Notes: generated from the sequence alone by a model not told the origin. A DNA stretch of 64,000 nucleotides from Leptolyngbyaceae cyanobacterium (GCA_965263355.1 CBDHHL010000032.1:3040001-3104000); one strand, 5' to 3'; counted from the stretch's first letter, positions 49,759 through 60,222 are shown. Numbers and translations: made by a program.

Positions 49759-50214
49759 ATGCCACAATTTTGGCGACCAGTACGTACCCTGCTGGGATTG
49801 CTGTTACGGCGACCTCTCATTGGTACCTGTGTGATTCCTATCTTGCCTGATGGCCGTATCGTTTTGATTCAACGCCGTGATAGTGGCCGTTGGGGCTTAC
49901 CAGGTGGTTTGGTTGACTGGGGTGAGGATATTGCCTCCGCTGCCAAACGGGAGCTATGGGAAGAAACAGGGTTAAGCATATTGAGTATCGGTCGCCTGGT
50001 AGGGGTCTATTCTCACCCAGAGCGGGACCCCCGCTTTCATTCTGCCTGTATTGCCCTCGAAGCCTACGTAGATGGTGAATTTAACATCCAGGATAAGGCT
50101 GAGGTGATGAGAATTGCTGCGTTTACCGTGGATGACATTCCCCGTGGTAACCTAGCCCACGACCACGATCAGCAGCTACAGGACTACGTGAATGGAGCCA
50201 CTGTTTTGGCCTAG
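49759..50214 (+). CDS. NUDIX hydrolase
   Basis: Nudix box PGGLVDWGEDIASAAKRELWEETGL; RDPRFH. Confidence 0.92.
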   Translation: MPQFWRPVRTLLGLLLRRPLIGTCVIPILPDGRIVLIQRRDSGRWGLPGGLVDWGEDIASAAKRELWEETGLSILSIGRLVGVYSHPERDPRFHSACIALEAYVDGEFNIQDKAEVMRIAAFTVDDIPRGNLAHDHDQQLQDYVNGATVLA

Positions 50215-50227
50215 GTCTGGCAGCAAA

Positions 50228-51025
50228 ATGCCCGTACGCAATCTGCGCCGTCAGTTCAAGCACGGACAGCTGTTTTGGCGAGAAATTGGTCGCGGACAGG
50301 CATTGTTTTTTCTCCATGGCTCTTGGGCCGATGGCGATCAGTGGCGTGATGTACTCTCGATTTTGGGACAGCAATATCACTGTTTAGCTCCCGACTTGAT
50401 TGGTTTTGGTGAATCAGGGCGATTACAGGATAAGTCAGCCTATTCAATCACTATGCAGGTCAATACTTTGGCCGAATTAATCAGTGCTTTACGATTAAAC
50501 TCTGTTATTTTCGTCGGACATTCCTTGGGGGCGTGGGTTGCTGTTCGTTATGCTCTCCAATATCCAGAGCAGGTGAAGGCGCTCTGTGTTTTGGAGCCTG
50601 AGGGTCTGGTGTATGAGCCCAAACGCTGGCGACGGGAACGTTGGCTAGCCAGCCCTTTGGCAGGCCTCTGGTTAGCGATAACTAAACCATTTGCTCGAAA
50701 ACAGGTGATGGGTCGGACACCAGCCTGGTTTCAGCAATATCACCTGCGAACGTTATTGAAACGTTACCCTGCTGCCTGTCGGCTGCTATTTCAGCGGCGT
50801 CGGAACCGATTAGAACCTGAGATTTTGGGCAGTTTACTTGGGAGTTTATCGATGCCGATGGTGGTTCTCCAGGGAGAACAGGCCGGGGAAACCAGTCGGC
50901 AATTAACCCAAAGATTTGCAATGGCGGCTCCAGGGGCAATGGTCAAGGTATTACCAGGTACCGATGAACTACCCAGCTATGAAGCCAAAGCCGTGGCTGA
51001 GTTTTTAGTACATTGGATCGGATAA
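50228..51025 (+). CDS. Alpha/beta fold hydrolase
   Basis: FLHGSW, APDLIGFGES, GHSLG nucleophile elbow. Confidence 0.88.
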   Translation: MPVRNLRRQFKHGQLFWREIGRGQALFFLHGSWADGDQWRDVLSILGQQYHCLAPDLIGFGESGRLQDKSAYSITMQVNTLAELISALRLNSVIFVGHSLGAWVAVRYALQYPEQVKALCVLEPEGLVYEPKRWRRERWLASPLAGLWLAITKPFARKQVMGRTPAWFQQYHLRTLLKRYPAACRLLFQRRRNRLEPEILGSLLGSLSMPMVVLQGEQAGETSRQLTQRFAMAAPGAMVKVLPGTDELPSYEAKAVAEFLVHWIG

Positions 51026-51122
51026 TACGGAGATTGCAGGCTTACTCCAGCCTTGCCTGGAGTATGGGAGAATTCAGCGAGCAGGTTAGTGTTAGGCGAA
51101 ATGTTTGACAACCGCTTGAGTA

Positions 51123-52748
51123 ATGTCTCCTTTGGTAATGAAGCGATTATCTTTTTCATCCAAAATTAGCGAAATCAACCCTTGGCTTTTTGTAATCCTT
51201 GCCATTGGTTTATTAACGTATAGTTTGTCAATTTGGTGGGGGCTACCTACAACTATCAGCTGGGCTCCTGATGCCATACATCCTTTGGATGTGATTGAAA
51301 AGACTAAAGCATATCCCTACCCGCCGCTGCATTTCTATATTTTACATTTTGTTTATGTGCCCTTTATTCTGGCGGCAAAAGTAGGATGGATTAATTTAGA
51401 ATCAATTTCTGGCATTACGACACTTATGTTAGTGGGTAGAGCCACATCTGTTCTGATGGCATTGGGGATTATTGTAAGTGTATATCTTACGAGTTTAGAC
51501 GTCAGTGAGAAGCAATTGCCAGCCCTTTTATCGGCTGCTTTTATATTAGGAAATGCTCCTCTGATTTATTACGGAAAAATAATGAATGTGGATGTTCCTT
51601 ATATTTTCTGGTTCTCCCTTTCGCTAATCTTTTATATCCGTGCAATTAAGTACGATACGCTAATTGACTATTCCTTATTTGCATTGATTTCAATGCTGTC
51701 TATCTGCACTAAAGATCAAGCCTATGGCTTGGTAGCCGTGCCAACTATTTTGTTGGCTTACCGATGCTTCCATGGTGGACAGAATAGAAAAACTTTAAGG
51801 TTATTGATTCCTACAATTATAGGAATCTCTACTTTCTTAGTGATTCACAATATTGTATTTGATTTTTCTGCTTTCGAAGATCATTTTAATTTCTTAGGAA
51901 AATCAAGCTATAGGCCAACCGACTTTACCGATGCACCGATTGTTTATATGCAGAGATATATCTACTTTGTTCTTAGATTCTTTAAAGATATTCAGTTTAA
52001 TTTAGGTTGGCCTATGTCAATCGTTTCTGTGGGTGCGATCGCGCTCACTTTACTCAGAAAAAACAAACAACCTTTATTACTGTATCTATTGCTTCCTTGC
52101 CTTTCCTATTATGGTTTACTTTTGAGTTTTATTATGTACTCCCGCGATCGATTTGTGATCCCAATATGCCTGATTCTCTATATTTTCTGTGGTCATTTTT
52201 TGGGTGAACTATTAGAGAGATTTCAGCGAGTACATGTAGCGAAAGTGGGACTATGGTTGACGCTAATGACTTTGTTCACCTATTCATTCTTTTATGCTAA
52301 TTCAGTCAATTTACTGATGCTGACTGATTCTCGATATTTTGTTGAGGATTGGATGCTCAGCCATATTCACCCTCCTGCTACGGTTGGTTTTGTTGAAAAG
52401 TTACGCAATCATCCGCGATTTATAGCGTTACACAGGAAGAAAATCCCTGTTGGAGGGATCTCAAGCGGTAAGTTAGAAGAAACAGTAGCACAACAAGATT
52501 TTTCTTACCTGATAACGTCTAGTGGATATGCAGGCAACCGCTTTCCAAAGGGCCATAAAAAATCTCAAGGCTTTGAAAAACTCAAGGATGAGACTCACTA
52601 TAAGTTAATTTTTTGTCATCGCTCAAAACCGCTTTGGAATTTTCTCCACATTGAAGAACCAACCCCAGCAGAGCATGACGACCCGCGTCGGAAGACCGGT
52701 AATCTAAATAAGATCAATCCTGAGATTTGCATGTATGAGAAACGTTAA
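51123..52748 (+). CDS. GT-C fold membrane glycosyltransferase (ArnT/GT39-like)
   Basis: W.PD, YPPLHFY, GRATSV, NVDVP, TKDQ, RFVIP; many TM helices; AT-rich. Confidence 0.75.
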   Translation: MSPLVMKRLSFSSKISEINPWLFVILAIGLLTYSLSIWWGLPTTISWAPDAIHPLDVIEKTKAYPYPPLHFYILHFVYVPFILAAKVGWINLESISGITTLMLVGRATSVLMALGIIVSVYLTSLDVSEKQLPALLSAAFILGNAPLIYYGKIMNVDVPYIFWFSLSLIFYIRAIKYDTLIDYSLFALISMLSICTKDQAYGLVAVPTILLAYRCFHGGQNRKTLRLLIPTIIGISTFLVIHNIVFDFSAFEDHFNFLGKSSYRPTDFTDAPIVYMQRYIYFVLRFFKDIQFNLGWPMSIVSVGAIALTLLRKNKQPLLLYLLLPCLSYYGLLLSFIMYSRDRFVIPICLILYIFCGHFLGELLERFQRVHVAKVGLWLTLMTLFTYSFFYANSVNLLMLTDSRYFVEDWMLSHIHPPATVGFVEKLRNHPRFIALHRKKIPVGGISSGKLEETVAQQDFSYLITSSGYAGNRFPKGHKKSQGFEKLKDETHYKLIFCHRSKPLWNFLHIEEPTPAEHDDPRRKTGNLNKINPEICMYEKR

Positions 52749-52790
52749 GGGTGAATCCCAAATGTGGTTGGCCATTAAAAGGATGGTGCC

Positions 52791-54101
52791 CTATTGGTAA
52801 ATGAAGACTCGCTTGGCAGCACGAGTAAAGGCTACATAACATAGTTGGTTTCGTTCAACCACTTTTGAGTTTCTCATCAAATCTGGTAAGTCTACAAAAA
52901 CATCTTGAAATGTTGAGCCTTGGCTTTTATGGACTGTCAGGCTGTAGGCATAGTTCACGTCGTGAAACTGTTGCCGAAATTCCCAAAAGATTTCCCATTG
53001 TTTGTTGGTGGCATAGTCTCGTGACCGACGCTCATAATCGGGCATGCTGGTTTCTTGCAACACATTTAGATCTTGAAACTTACCGTCTTCTGTGTATACA
53101 ACGAGTTGCCAGACGGGCAAACCTTCTATTTTTCCAGGCTTCACTTCTAATACTTCACACTCTTCTGAAGTTTGTAGAATGATACCGCCTTCTTCAAGAC
53201 AAGGATTATTGGCAATTAGTCGCTCGCCGGGGACAAATTGCTCTAAGTCATTACCGTAAATAGCTTGGCGAATGATGCGATTGAGCGTTTTGACCCGCTG
53301 GTTAGTATAGGCCAGGACTCTCACATAGTTGGGGTCAGCTTTGTATTTGTCACAGGTGAAAGCACGGATCAAAACATCGCGCCAGGGGTATTTGGGCAGG
53401 ACAAAAAAACCTTCGGTGCGGTCTTCATTTACATCACTCTCATACCGAGGCAACTGCCCCCGCTCAATATTCCGGCGAATATCATCAGCAATCACCCCAA
53501 TTGCCCCGCCATAGCGGATGACCTGGGATAATGATGACTGATGCATAATCTGACTAAAGCAGCAAGACTCCGTTTCATTAACGGGCGGCAGCTGGGCCGG
53601 ATCCCCGACAAATAGCATCTGGGTGGGAATATCTAATCGAGAAATCGCCTCCACCAGAAGCTTCCACATTTCCTGGTTGATCATGGAGCACTCGTCCACG
53701 ATTACCAATCGATAGTCCGGCACCTGATTATGCTGATCGCTGACGGACTTAAAAATCTGCTCACCGCTGCCCGTATCGATAACGGGCTTTAACCCCAGTA
53801 GCCGACAGCAGGTGACTGATTCCACATCCTTAATATCCCAATGGGAGGACATGGTTTTAAGTACTTTGGTGGCTTTATTACTAAAAGCGGTTAGCACAAT
53901 CGGCCAGTCGCAGCCTTGGTCGCGCAAATGGGTGACCAGAGCCTGTAATAGGGTGGTTTTGCCCGTACCTGCATAACCCGTCAGCAAGTAAAGCTTTGAC
54001 GGACTTTGTAAAAATTCTTCAATGGCTTGCAGGGCGTCCCACTGCTCCTCACTTAGCTCAATCCCTGGCAGTATTTCTGGAATCGTGGCAGTGCTATCCA
54101 T
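52791..54101 (-). CDS. SF1B RecD/Dda-like helicase
   Basis: TGYAGTGKTT, IVDECSM, VGDPAQLPPV, YSLTVHKSQGSTF, YVAFTRA. Confidence 0.9.
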   Translation of the reverse strand: MDSTATIPEILPGIELSEEQWDALQAIEEFLQSPSKLYLLTGYAGTGKTTLLQALVTHLRDQGCDWPIVLTAFSNKATKVLKTMSSHWDIKDVESVTCCRLLGLKPVIDTGSGEQIFKSVSDQHNQVPDYRLVIVDECSMINQEMWKLLVEAISRLDIPTQMLFVGDPAQLPPVNETESCCFSQIMHQSSLSQVIRYGGAIGVIADDIRRNIERGQLPRYESDVNEDRTEGFFVLPKYPWRDVLIRAFTCDKYKADPNYVRVLAYTNQRVKTLNRIIRQAIYGNDLEQFVPGERLIANNPCLEEGGIILQTSEECEVLEVKPGKIEGLPVWQLVVYTEDGKFQDLNVLQETSMPDYERRSRDYATNKQWEIFWEFRQQFHDVNYAYSLTVHKSQGSTFQDVFVDLPDLMRNSKVVERNQLCYVAFTRAAKRVFIYQ

Positions 54102-54299
54102 CCGAACCTAGCGTCAGGGTACGTTCCTTATCATATCGAAGGCCATCAAATGAATACAAGTGAACTAACAAAGGTTTTGTATTTATCTATTCGATAGTGA
54201 GAGATTGCTCTCACATGGGATCTCCCCCCCTTGAGCGGGTGTTTTGCCTGTAGTGTCTCAGGTATGCTAGAGGCCGTTAACCTATCGTGTTCTGTTTTT

Positions 54300-55730
54300 A
54301 TGCCTGTGGGGGGTCGCCATATATCACACATCAAAGGGCAGATTGATCGATATATTCATGCGCCCCAGACGGAAATAGCTTTAGTTACACTGATTTTATT
54401 ATCAGTGGCTTTGGTCGTCATTGAGGTGGTGCTGGAGGCTAGAGGTCTTGAAAATCTTTGGGTGAGCCATCTGCAGACGGGCCTTACCAGCATTTTTATT
54501 CTGGAGCTTGGCTGCCGCTATTGGGTGGCACGCAAAAAACGACGCTTTTGGCGAAATTATTGGTTGGATGCTTTGGCCGTAATGCCGATGATAACGGCCT
54601 TTCGGCTACTGAGACTGCTGCGAATTTTACGACTGCTGCGGGCTGGAATTTTGCTAAATCGGAGCTTAGGGCGGTTGTCGAGTGCGATCGCAACTAGCCT
54701 TGGCCTCCAAATCGGTGTATTTATGATTATGGGTCTGATCGTGCTCACTGGCGGTCTGGCTACCTATCTCTTTGAAGCCCCTGCTAATCCTCGTATTCAT
54801 TCCCTGCGCGACTCCATGTGGTGGAGCTTTTTATCCCTAGTGGCCGGAGAACCCATTGGCGGTGACCCCCAAACTGACATTGGTCGTGTCATTGCCCTAG
54901 TGATCATGATGGGGGGATTAACCACCTTTGCTGTGTTTACGGGTGTTGTCTCTGCTGTGATGATGCGCAAACTAGAAACATTTATGGACTTTAAAGCCTT
55001 GGAAATTGATGAACTGCGCGATCATATTGTGATCTGTGGCTGGAATCGAGGTGGTCATCTCATCGTTGAAGAGTTGCTGGCCGATGGTGATATGGAGCAC
55101 TATGCCGTGGTGATTGTTGCAGAAGAGACCGAAGAGCCTTCCCAGGTGCTAGCCCATCTAAATCAATCCCAGTTATATTTTTATCCTGAGGACTATACTA
55201 AAATCGATATTCTTGAAACAGTCGGTATTTTGCATGCGTCGCGAGCAATTTTGCTGGCAGATGCTACCCACCCCCGCACAGATCAGGATCGAGACGCTCG
55301 AACTGTTTTAGCAGCACTGACCATCGAAAAACTAAACCCGTCGATCTACACCTGTGCGCAATTGTTGGATCGGCGCAATGATGTTCAGCTAAGGCTTGCG
55401 GGTGTGGATGATGTGATTGTGACAGAGGAAGTATCGAGTCATCTAATCGCAACATCTGCTCGCAACCAAGGGTCAGTCGAGGCCCTGGCCGAGCTGCTGA
55501 CGGTGCAAAGCGGTAATCAAATTTATGAAATACCGATGCCACTTGCCTGGGTAGGTAAACAATATTGGTCGTTAGCCCAACACCTCAAACAACAATCAGA
55601 TGCTCTGTTATTAGCTGTTGAGTCCATGCAACAAGAACAACGCATCACACAAGTAAATCCGCCAGCAACCTTATTGTTGTTGGCGGATGATCGATTAGTG
55701 ATTATTGCTCGCCAGGCACCTAAACTCTGA
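54300..55730 (+). CDS. Voltage-gated-type ion channel (6TM) with RCK/TrkA domain
   Basis: S4 FRLLRLLRILRLLR, pore helix SMWWSFLSL, filter region VAGEPIGGDP, RCK HIVICGWN...DARTVLAALTIE. Confidence 0.88.
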   Translation: MPVGGRHISHIKGQIDRYIHAPQTEIALVTLILLSVALVVIEVVLEARGLENLWVSHLQTGLTSIFILELGCRYWVARKKRRFWRNYWLDALAVMPMITAFRLLRLLRILRLLRAGILLNRSLGRLSSAIATSLGLQIGVFMIMGLIVLTGGLATYLFEAPANPRIHSLRDSMWWSFLSLVAGEPIGGDPQTDIGRVIALVIMMGGLTTFAVFTGVVSAVMMRKLETFMDFKALEIDELRDHIVICGWNRGGHLIVEELLADGDMEHYAVVIVAEETEEPSQVLAHLNQSQLYFYPEDYTKIDILETVGILHASRAILLADATHPRTDQDRDARTVLAALTIEKLNPSIYTCAQLLDRRNDVQLRLAGVDDVIVTEEVSSHLIATSARNQGSVEALAELLTVQSGNQIYEIPMPLAWVGKQYWSLAQHLKQQSDALLLAVESMQQEQRITQVNPPATLLLLADDRLVIIARQAPKL

Positions 55731-55751
55731 CGTTGGAGGTTGATTATGCGT

Positions 55752-56924
55752 TTATAAAGGGGCCAATTCTCCAGTTTCTAGGGAGGATGCCTGTTCTTGA
55801 TAGTCAATCGTCACAATTACTGGTGTGATCTTAGGAAGATCTTGGAAGCCGCGCATATCAAATTCCAAGGGTCCTTCTTCTAAGGTGCTACCTGCTAAGA
55901 GGCCTGCTAAGGCACCCTCTGAGGCATTCAGCGGTTGGTGATGAGTTAATTGAGCCGTCACTGAAATATAAATTCCAAATAGCACAACACCAAAAGCGCA
56001 CCAATTGATTAGACTGAGGGATTCACCAAAGAAGACAACCGCCATCAGTGCAGAAATGACGGGAATGGCAAGCATGGAAACCGTAACTAAACCCGCTGAA
56101 AACTCTTTCAGAGAATAGGTGAGTAACCCTTGACCCAATGCTTGGGAAATAACTGCAAGGGCAATGACCGCGACCCAGCCTTGGATGGTCGACGGAAAAA
56201 ATGCTTCATGGCTGCCTAGCATAATAACGGCTGCAAAGAGACTACCAATAAAGCTGTTCCACATCATAATCCAGGAGGTTTCATGTCGTGGTGTTAATCG
56301 ATCAATGCACAAAATATTGATCGCGGCCAATAATGAGGCACCCATCGCAGCAATATCGCCTGAAAAGCAGCCTTCTATAAGCTGTAAATCTTGTAGGCTG
56401 ATGATAATTACTCCTGCGATAGCGACCCCCATACCGAGTAGAAACTTTTTGCTAAAGGTTTCTCTAAATAAAAGCCAACTTATTAACGTAGTAAAAATTG
56501 GCAACATATTATCTAGTAGTGTGGCGTTGGCGACGCTGGTTTGGGTCAACGACCAAGACCAGAGGCTTAAAGAGCCGGAAAAAGATAGGCCAGACAGTAT
56601 CAGCAAAAAAATATCCAGACGTTGTAGCTGGAGGAGGGGCAATAGACCGCCAATTGTTCTTTCCCTAGGGCCTTCAGGACTTAGGGATGGAGCTTGAACA
56701 TGCTGGAATCGATGCCAGCCTAAGAAAACTAACGTAGCAATGCCTAATCGGTTAAATGTAATAGCGTAGGGGCTAATTTCTGTCTGAACTACCACAATCA
56801 GAATAGCGGCGCATGCTATGCCGATTAGTGCAAAAACGAGAGAAACTGTTCCCATCAATTGGCTTGAACTTTCAATAGCGGGAACTTGAGGAAACAAGCG
56901 CCCAGAGTCTTTACGCACAATCAT
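55752..56924 (-). CDS. DMT/EamA family transporter
   Basis: About 10 TM segments; TSVANATLL..M.PIF, GD..A, QALGQGL, PVISA. Confidence 0.9.
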   Translation of the reverse strand: MIVRKDSGRLFPQVPAIESSSQLMGTVSLVFALIGIACAAILIVVVQTEISPYAITFNRLGIATLVFLGWHRFQHVQAPSLSPEGPRERTIGGLLPLLQLQRLDIFLLILSGLSFSGSLSLWSWSLTQTSVANATLLDNMLPIFTTLISWLLFRETFSKKFLLGMGVAIAGVIIISLQDLQLIEGCFSGDIAAMGASLLAAINILCIDRLTPRHETSWIMMWNSFIGSLFAAVIMLGSHEAFFPSTIQGWVAVIALAVISQALGQGLLTYSLKEFSAGLVTVSMLAIPVISALMAVVFFGESLSLINWCAFGVVLFGIYISVTAQLTHHQPLNASEGALAGLLAGSTLEEGPLEFDMRGFQDLPKITPVIVTIDYQEQASSLETGELAPL

Positions 56925-57013
56925 CGTTTAGGTGCTGTATCCGTTTGAAATTGAACCTAATCACTAGACTATAACGCTGGTCGAGCTGATTTTTGGAAGG
57001 GTAGTTCACAAAT

Positions 57014-57027
57014 GTAATTATAGATAC
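57014..57027. promoter_or_regulatory. NtcA-type site GTA-N8-TAC
   Basis: tGTAattatagaTACg, 90 nt upstream of the DMT gene. Confidence 0.35.
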
Positions 57028-57384
57028 GGTTTTCTATGTTTTTTCTGCCCTTTAAGCACTCAATATGAGTGGTTGAAAGCCTTTGTGGGAAAGCGTTCAA
57101 GCCCGATAGTCCACTAATTATAAAGCGCTAAATGGATCCTGCAATTGTCAGTTATTTTTGATGGCTTTGTCATGAAACCTTGGTAATTTATCTCAAGCTG
57201 AAACACCACTCACCGCCTTACCCAAAAACTCGAGTTTGACCAATATGCTGCTATGTCCGGTATCAGTTTCTGTAACCTCGGTCAGGCTAGCTGTAGTACT
57301 GCCTATGCTGATGACTGTAAAGCGCTAAAGCAATGAGGCGATTGCTACAGATATTAGCGGCGGTCAATAAGTGGATGTAGAACC

Positions 57385-58916
57385 ATGGTTCAGCAAGGAC
57401 AAAACATACAAAGCATAAGGGTGAAGCGTTGGTTACTTTGGATGGGGGCAATGGCGTTAGTGGGAGGTACCTTAAGTGCCAGGGCTAACCTGTCGTCTGA
57501 ATCAGTGACCATGACAATGGCACCCGCGATCGCGAATGAGGTCCCTTCAATGAATGAGGTCCCTTCGCAGTGAATGAGGTCCCTTCAGTGAATGAGGTCC
57601 CTTCAGTGAATGAGGTCCCTTCAGTGGATGAGGTCCCTAAAATCGTGCGTCAACAAACATTTGATAACTATCGTCAGGTAATTGAGCGTACACGGTCGAT
57701 GATTTACGACCAGCCGAGTCAAACCCTGGCAGATCGTTGGGGCCTGGATATCCTGGACGTTACTTGGGAGGATACTGGGCGCTACGATAATTCGGCAGTG
57801 GGGCCTAACATCAGTGATATGACGATTCAGGTGCAGCAGCAGGATCCCGATACGGGTGAATATTCGCTACATCTGATGCCTGTTATTCGTTATCCCAATT
57901 TTGCTGATTTGACGGGTGATGTTCCGATCGATCAGTTTTATGTCTTGACTGGTAACGAAAAGGGTGAGGACTTAAGGCGGGTTTCCTTGACGGATGTTTT
58001 GGGGGATTTACGCCGTTATCTCAGTCAGCCAGAGTCGTGGGCTGGGTCTGAAAAATCTTTGTTGGCAGATCGTGATAGCCATGTGTTGGTCAGCGCCCAA
58101 GCAGCATTTTTGCCAATTCCCCTAGCAGAGGCCGCCACGTTTAATCCTGTGTTGTTTAACTATCAGTCTTATCCTGGGGATCCGGCTGTACTAACGCTGT
58201 TGGTTACCCGTGAAGGAACCAGTGCCACCATTATTGATAATCAGCGGGATGGGTTTGATGCTGGAGGTACTTGGGGGCAGCGGTTATTTTTTAATCAAAA
58301 CGGTGAGCGGGCCAGCTTAACAGGTCAGCGCTTGAGCGATTTTCAATCTGAGTCGAGTAGGGATCCATCCTCTGCCAGTGATCAGTCTGTTAGGTCTGAT
58401 GCTGAAAAAGAAGGGCTGAATATGGTCATGCTGATTCAGGTGCCGTTGAAACAGAAACAACCCTTTTTACCCAATGCGCCGATGGTCTTAGCGGATGCTA
58501 TGCCTATGGAAGCGGAAATGAGCATGGTTGCCCGTGGCAGTAGTAATGTGGAGGCAGCGGTGATTGGCCATGGCGCGATTGAAGGGCCCTTTACTGAAAT
58601 TGATAATCTGGACATCGAACGGGATCCTGATTTTCCGATTCGGGTGACGGTGCAGTTTTATAAGGCTACTAGCAACGGCGTGGTCTCTGCCGATGACATG
58701 CGGGAAATCCATGAACAGATTCAAAAAGTCTATGATGATGCCGATTATGTAGGTAGTCTGGTCTTAGACGGTCGTCAGGGGCGACCTACTGAGTATGCGG
58801 GGGATCACCAGCAACCAGATGATTGGTGGGAAAACTTTTGGGAGCACTCCCGTGAGCGCTTGGATATGAGTGAGGAAGAGGCAAGAGAACTTTGGGAAAG
58901 GTTGCGAGGTAAGTAG
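57385..58916 (+). pseudogene. Secreted hypothetical protein split by a frameshift inside a tandem repeat (ORFs 57385-57573 and 57570-58916)
   Basis: The signal-peptide ORF ends in NEVPSMNEVPSQ* and the next ORF begins with the same NEVPSV repeats. Repeat unit 2 has 2 extra bases. Confidence 0.8.
57535..57638 (+). repeat. 18-bp tandem repeat, about 5.7 units
   Basis: aatgaggtcccttcagtg units at 57535, 57553 (20 bp), 57573, 57591, 57609, and a partial unit at 57627. Confidence 0.95.
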
Positions 58917-58939
58917 GGTTTAATGGTCTGCTTGGAGAG

Positions 58940-58967
58940 CGTTGGCTTCGACTACGCTCAGCCAACG
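58940..58967. repeat. Palindromic repeat with TCGACTNYGCTC loop
   Basis: cgttggct-tcgactacgctc-agccaacg; same loop as 8262-8291 with a different stem. Confidence 0.65.
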
Positions 58968-59081
58968 TGCTTATCCTGTTGCTTTGGTTCGGTCTTTTCA
59001 CCATCAACCCGAACATATTTTATGGACGCTCCCAGTTGTCCTTTTGTAAGCTAAGAATATAACCCTTCACCTGGTTGAATC

Positions 59082-59564
59082 ATGTCTGCTATAGTGCCCT
59101 CCCAGCAAGTTCAAAATCGGACAACCGCTAGTTATCTGTTGTGGATAGGTTGGCTGTTTGGTGTAGGTGGGCTGCACCGACTATACAACGGCAAAATTGC
59201 ATCGGGGCTACTTTGGCTGTTTACGTTTGGACTGTTTGGATTTGGGCAATTGGTGGATCTGTTACTGATTCCAGATATGGCTAAAAAACGTCATCGTCAG
59301 CTATTCGGTGATCAACCCTCTAACTTTGACCTAAATCCTGTTGTCCCGGCTGAAGTTAGCCAAGACACGCTAGCGGTTAAGCTACTGCGACTGGCTAAGC
59401 TTCACGGTGGTCAGGTTACGGTTACCCAGGCTGTGATGGAAACTGGGCAGTCCTTCGAAACTATTGAGACTGAACTTAAAACGATGGTTAAGTCTGGTTA
59501 TGCCGATGTTACAAATCGCCCCGGCTCAGGTGTAGTGGTGTATGAATTCCCAGAGCTGATGTGA
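59082..59564 (+). CDS. TM2/NINE domain protein
   Basis: SYLLW..WLFGVGGLHRLYNGK..SGLLWLFTFGLFGFGQLVDLLLIP, with a winged-helix-like C-terminus. Confidence 0.88.
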   Translation: MSAIVPSQQVQNRTTASYLLWIGWLFGVGGLHRLYNGKIASGLLWLFTFGLFGFGQLVDLLLIPDMAKKRHRQLFGDQPSNFDLNPVVPAEVSQDTLAVKLLRLAKLHGGQVTVTQAVMETGQSFETIETELKTMVKSGYADVTNRPGSGVVVYEFPELM

Positions 59565-60222
59565 CCCTTTCTGCATCCCCATCGAAAAAAATGTTTCTAC
59601 AATAGGCAACTTCTTGACAGCCTAGGATTAGCGCTTTTGTAACTAAGCTCGCTCCCAGGGCACATGCGGTAAGTCCTATCAAGCCAATCAAACCATCGTC
59701 ATTTAAAAGCCCAAAGCCAATTATAAAAATACAGATGGCAGGTATGGTGTTGGTGCCAGGAAAGGGAATCATCATGCAGGCTGCCAACAAGGCAACGATG
59801 ACACCCAACAGGAAACGACCGAGTGTGCTTTTGCAGACTATCGATAATCGCGGCTTAGAGATTGCCTCTATGCGTCGTAGCCAGGGTAATCCAATTTTTA
59901 TAAAATTCCGAACTTTTCCCCTCTCAAAACCTCGTTCTAGCCACTTCTCGGGTAGTGATGGCTTCCTCTTACCTCGTATTAGCTGAAATGCTAATACGAT
60001 GATCACAATACCTAATGGTGTTGATATTACAGGTGCTGGCAGAGGTAAAGCTGATGGTAGTGAAAGTAGGACAAATAGAAAACCAAAAGAATGCTCACCC
60101 CCCAAAGTCAGCAATTCTTTGAGGGTTACATTTTTGGATACTTGGACTTCCAGAGGACTGTTGTCTGTCGCTGTTGGAGCATCCAAAAAATAGCGCTGCA
60201 GTTCAGCGGATAGTTTAACCAT
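59509..60222 (-). CDS. Exopolysaccharide synthesis ExoD family protein
   Basis: SFGFLFVLLSLPSALPLPAP, PWLRRIEAISKPRL, IPFPGTNTIPA, DDG. Overlaps the convergent gene by 56 nt. Confidence 0.88.
   Translation of the reverse strand: MVKLSAELQRYFLDAPTATDNSPLEVQVSKNVTLKELLTLGGEHSFGFLFVLLSLPSALPLPAPVISTPLGIVIIVLAFQLIRGKRKPSLPEKWLERGFERGKVRNFIKIGLPWLRRIEAISKPRLSIVCKSTLGRFLLGVIVALLAACMMIPFPGTNTIPAICIFIIGFGLLNDDGLIGLIGLTACALGASLVTKALILGCQEVAYCRNIFFDGDAERVTSALGIHTPLHLSRGDL

Noticed and set aside
57535..57638. Possible CRISPR array
   Set aside because: The units are contiguous with no spacers and encode an in-frame peptide repeat; no cas genes are present.
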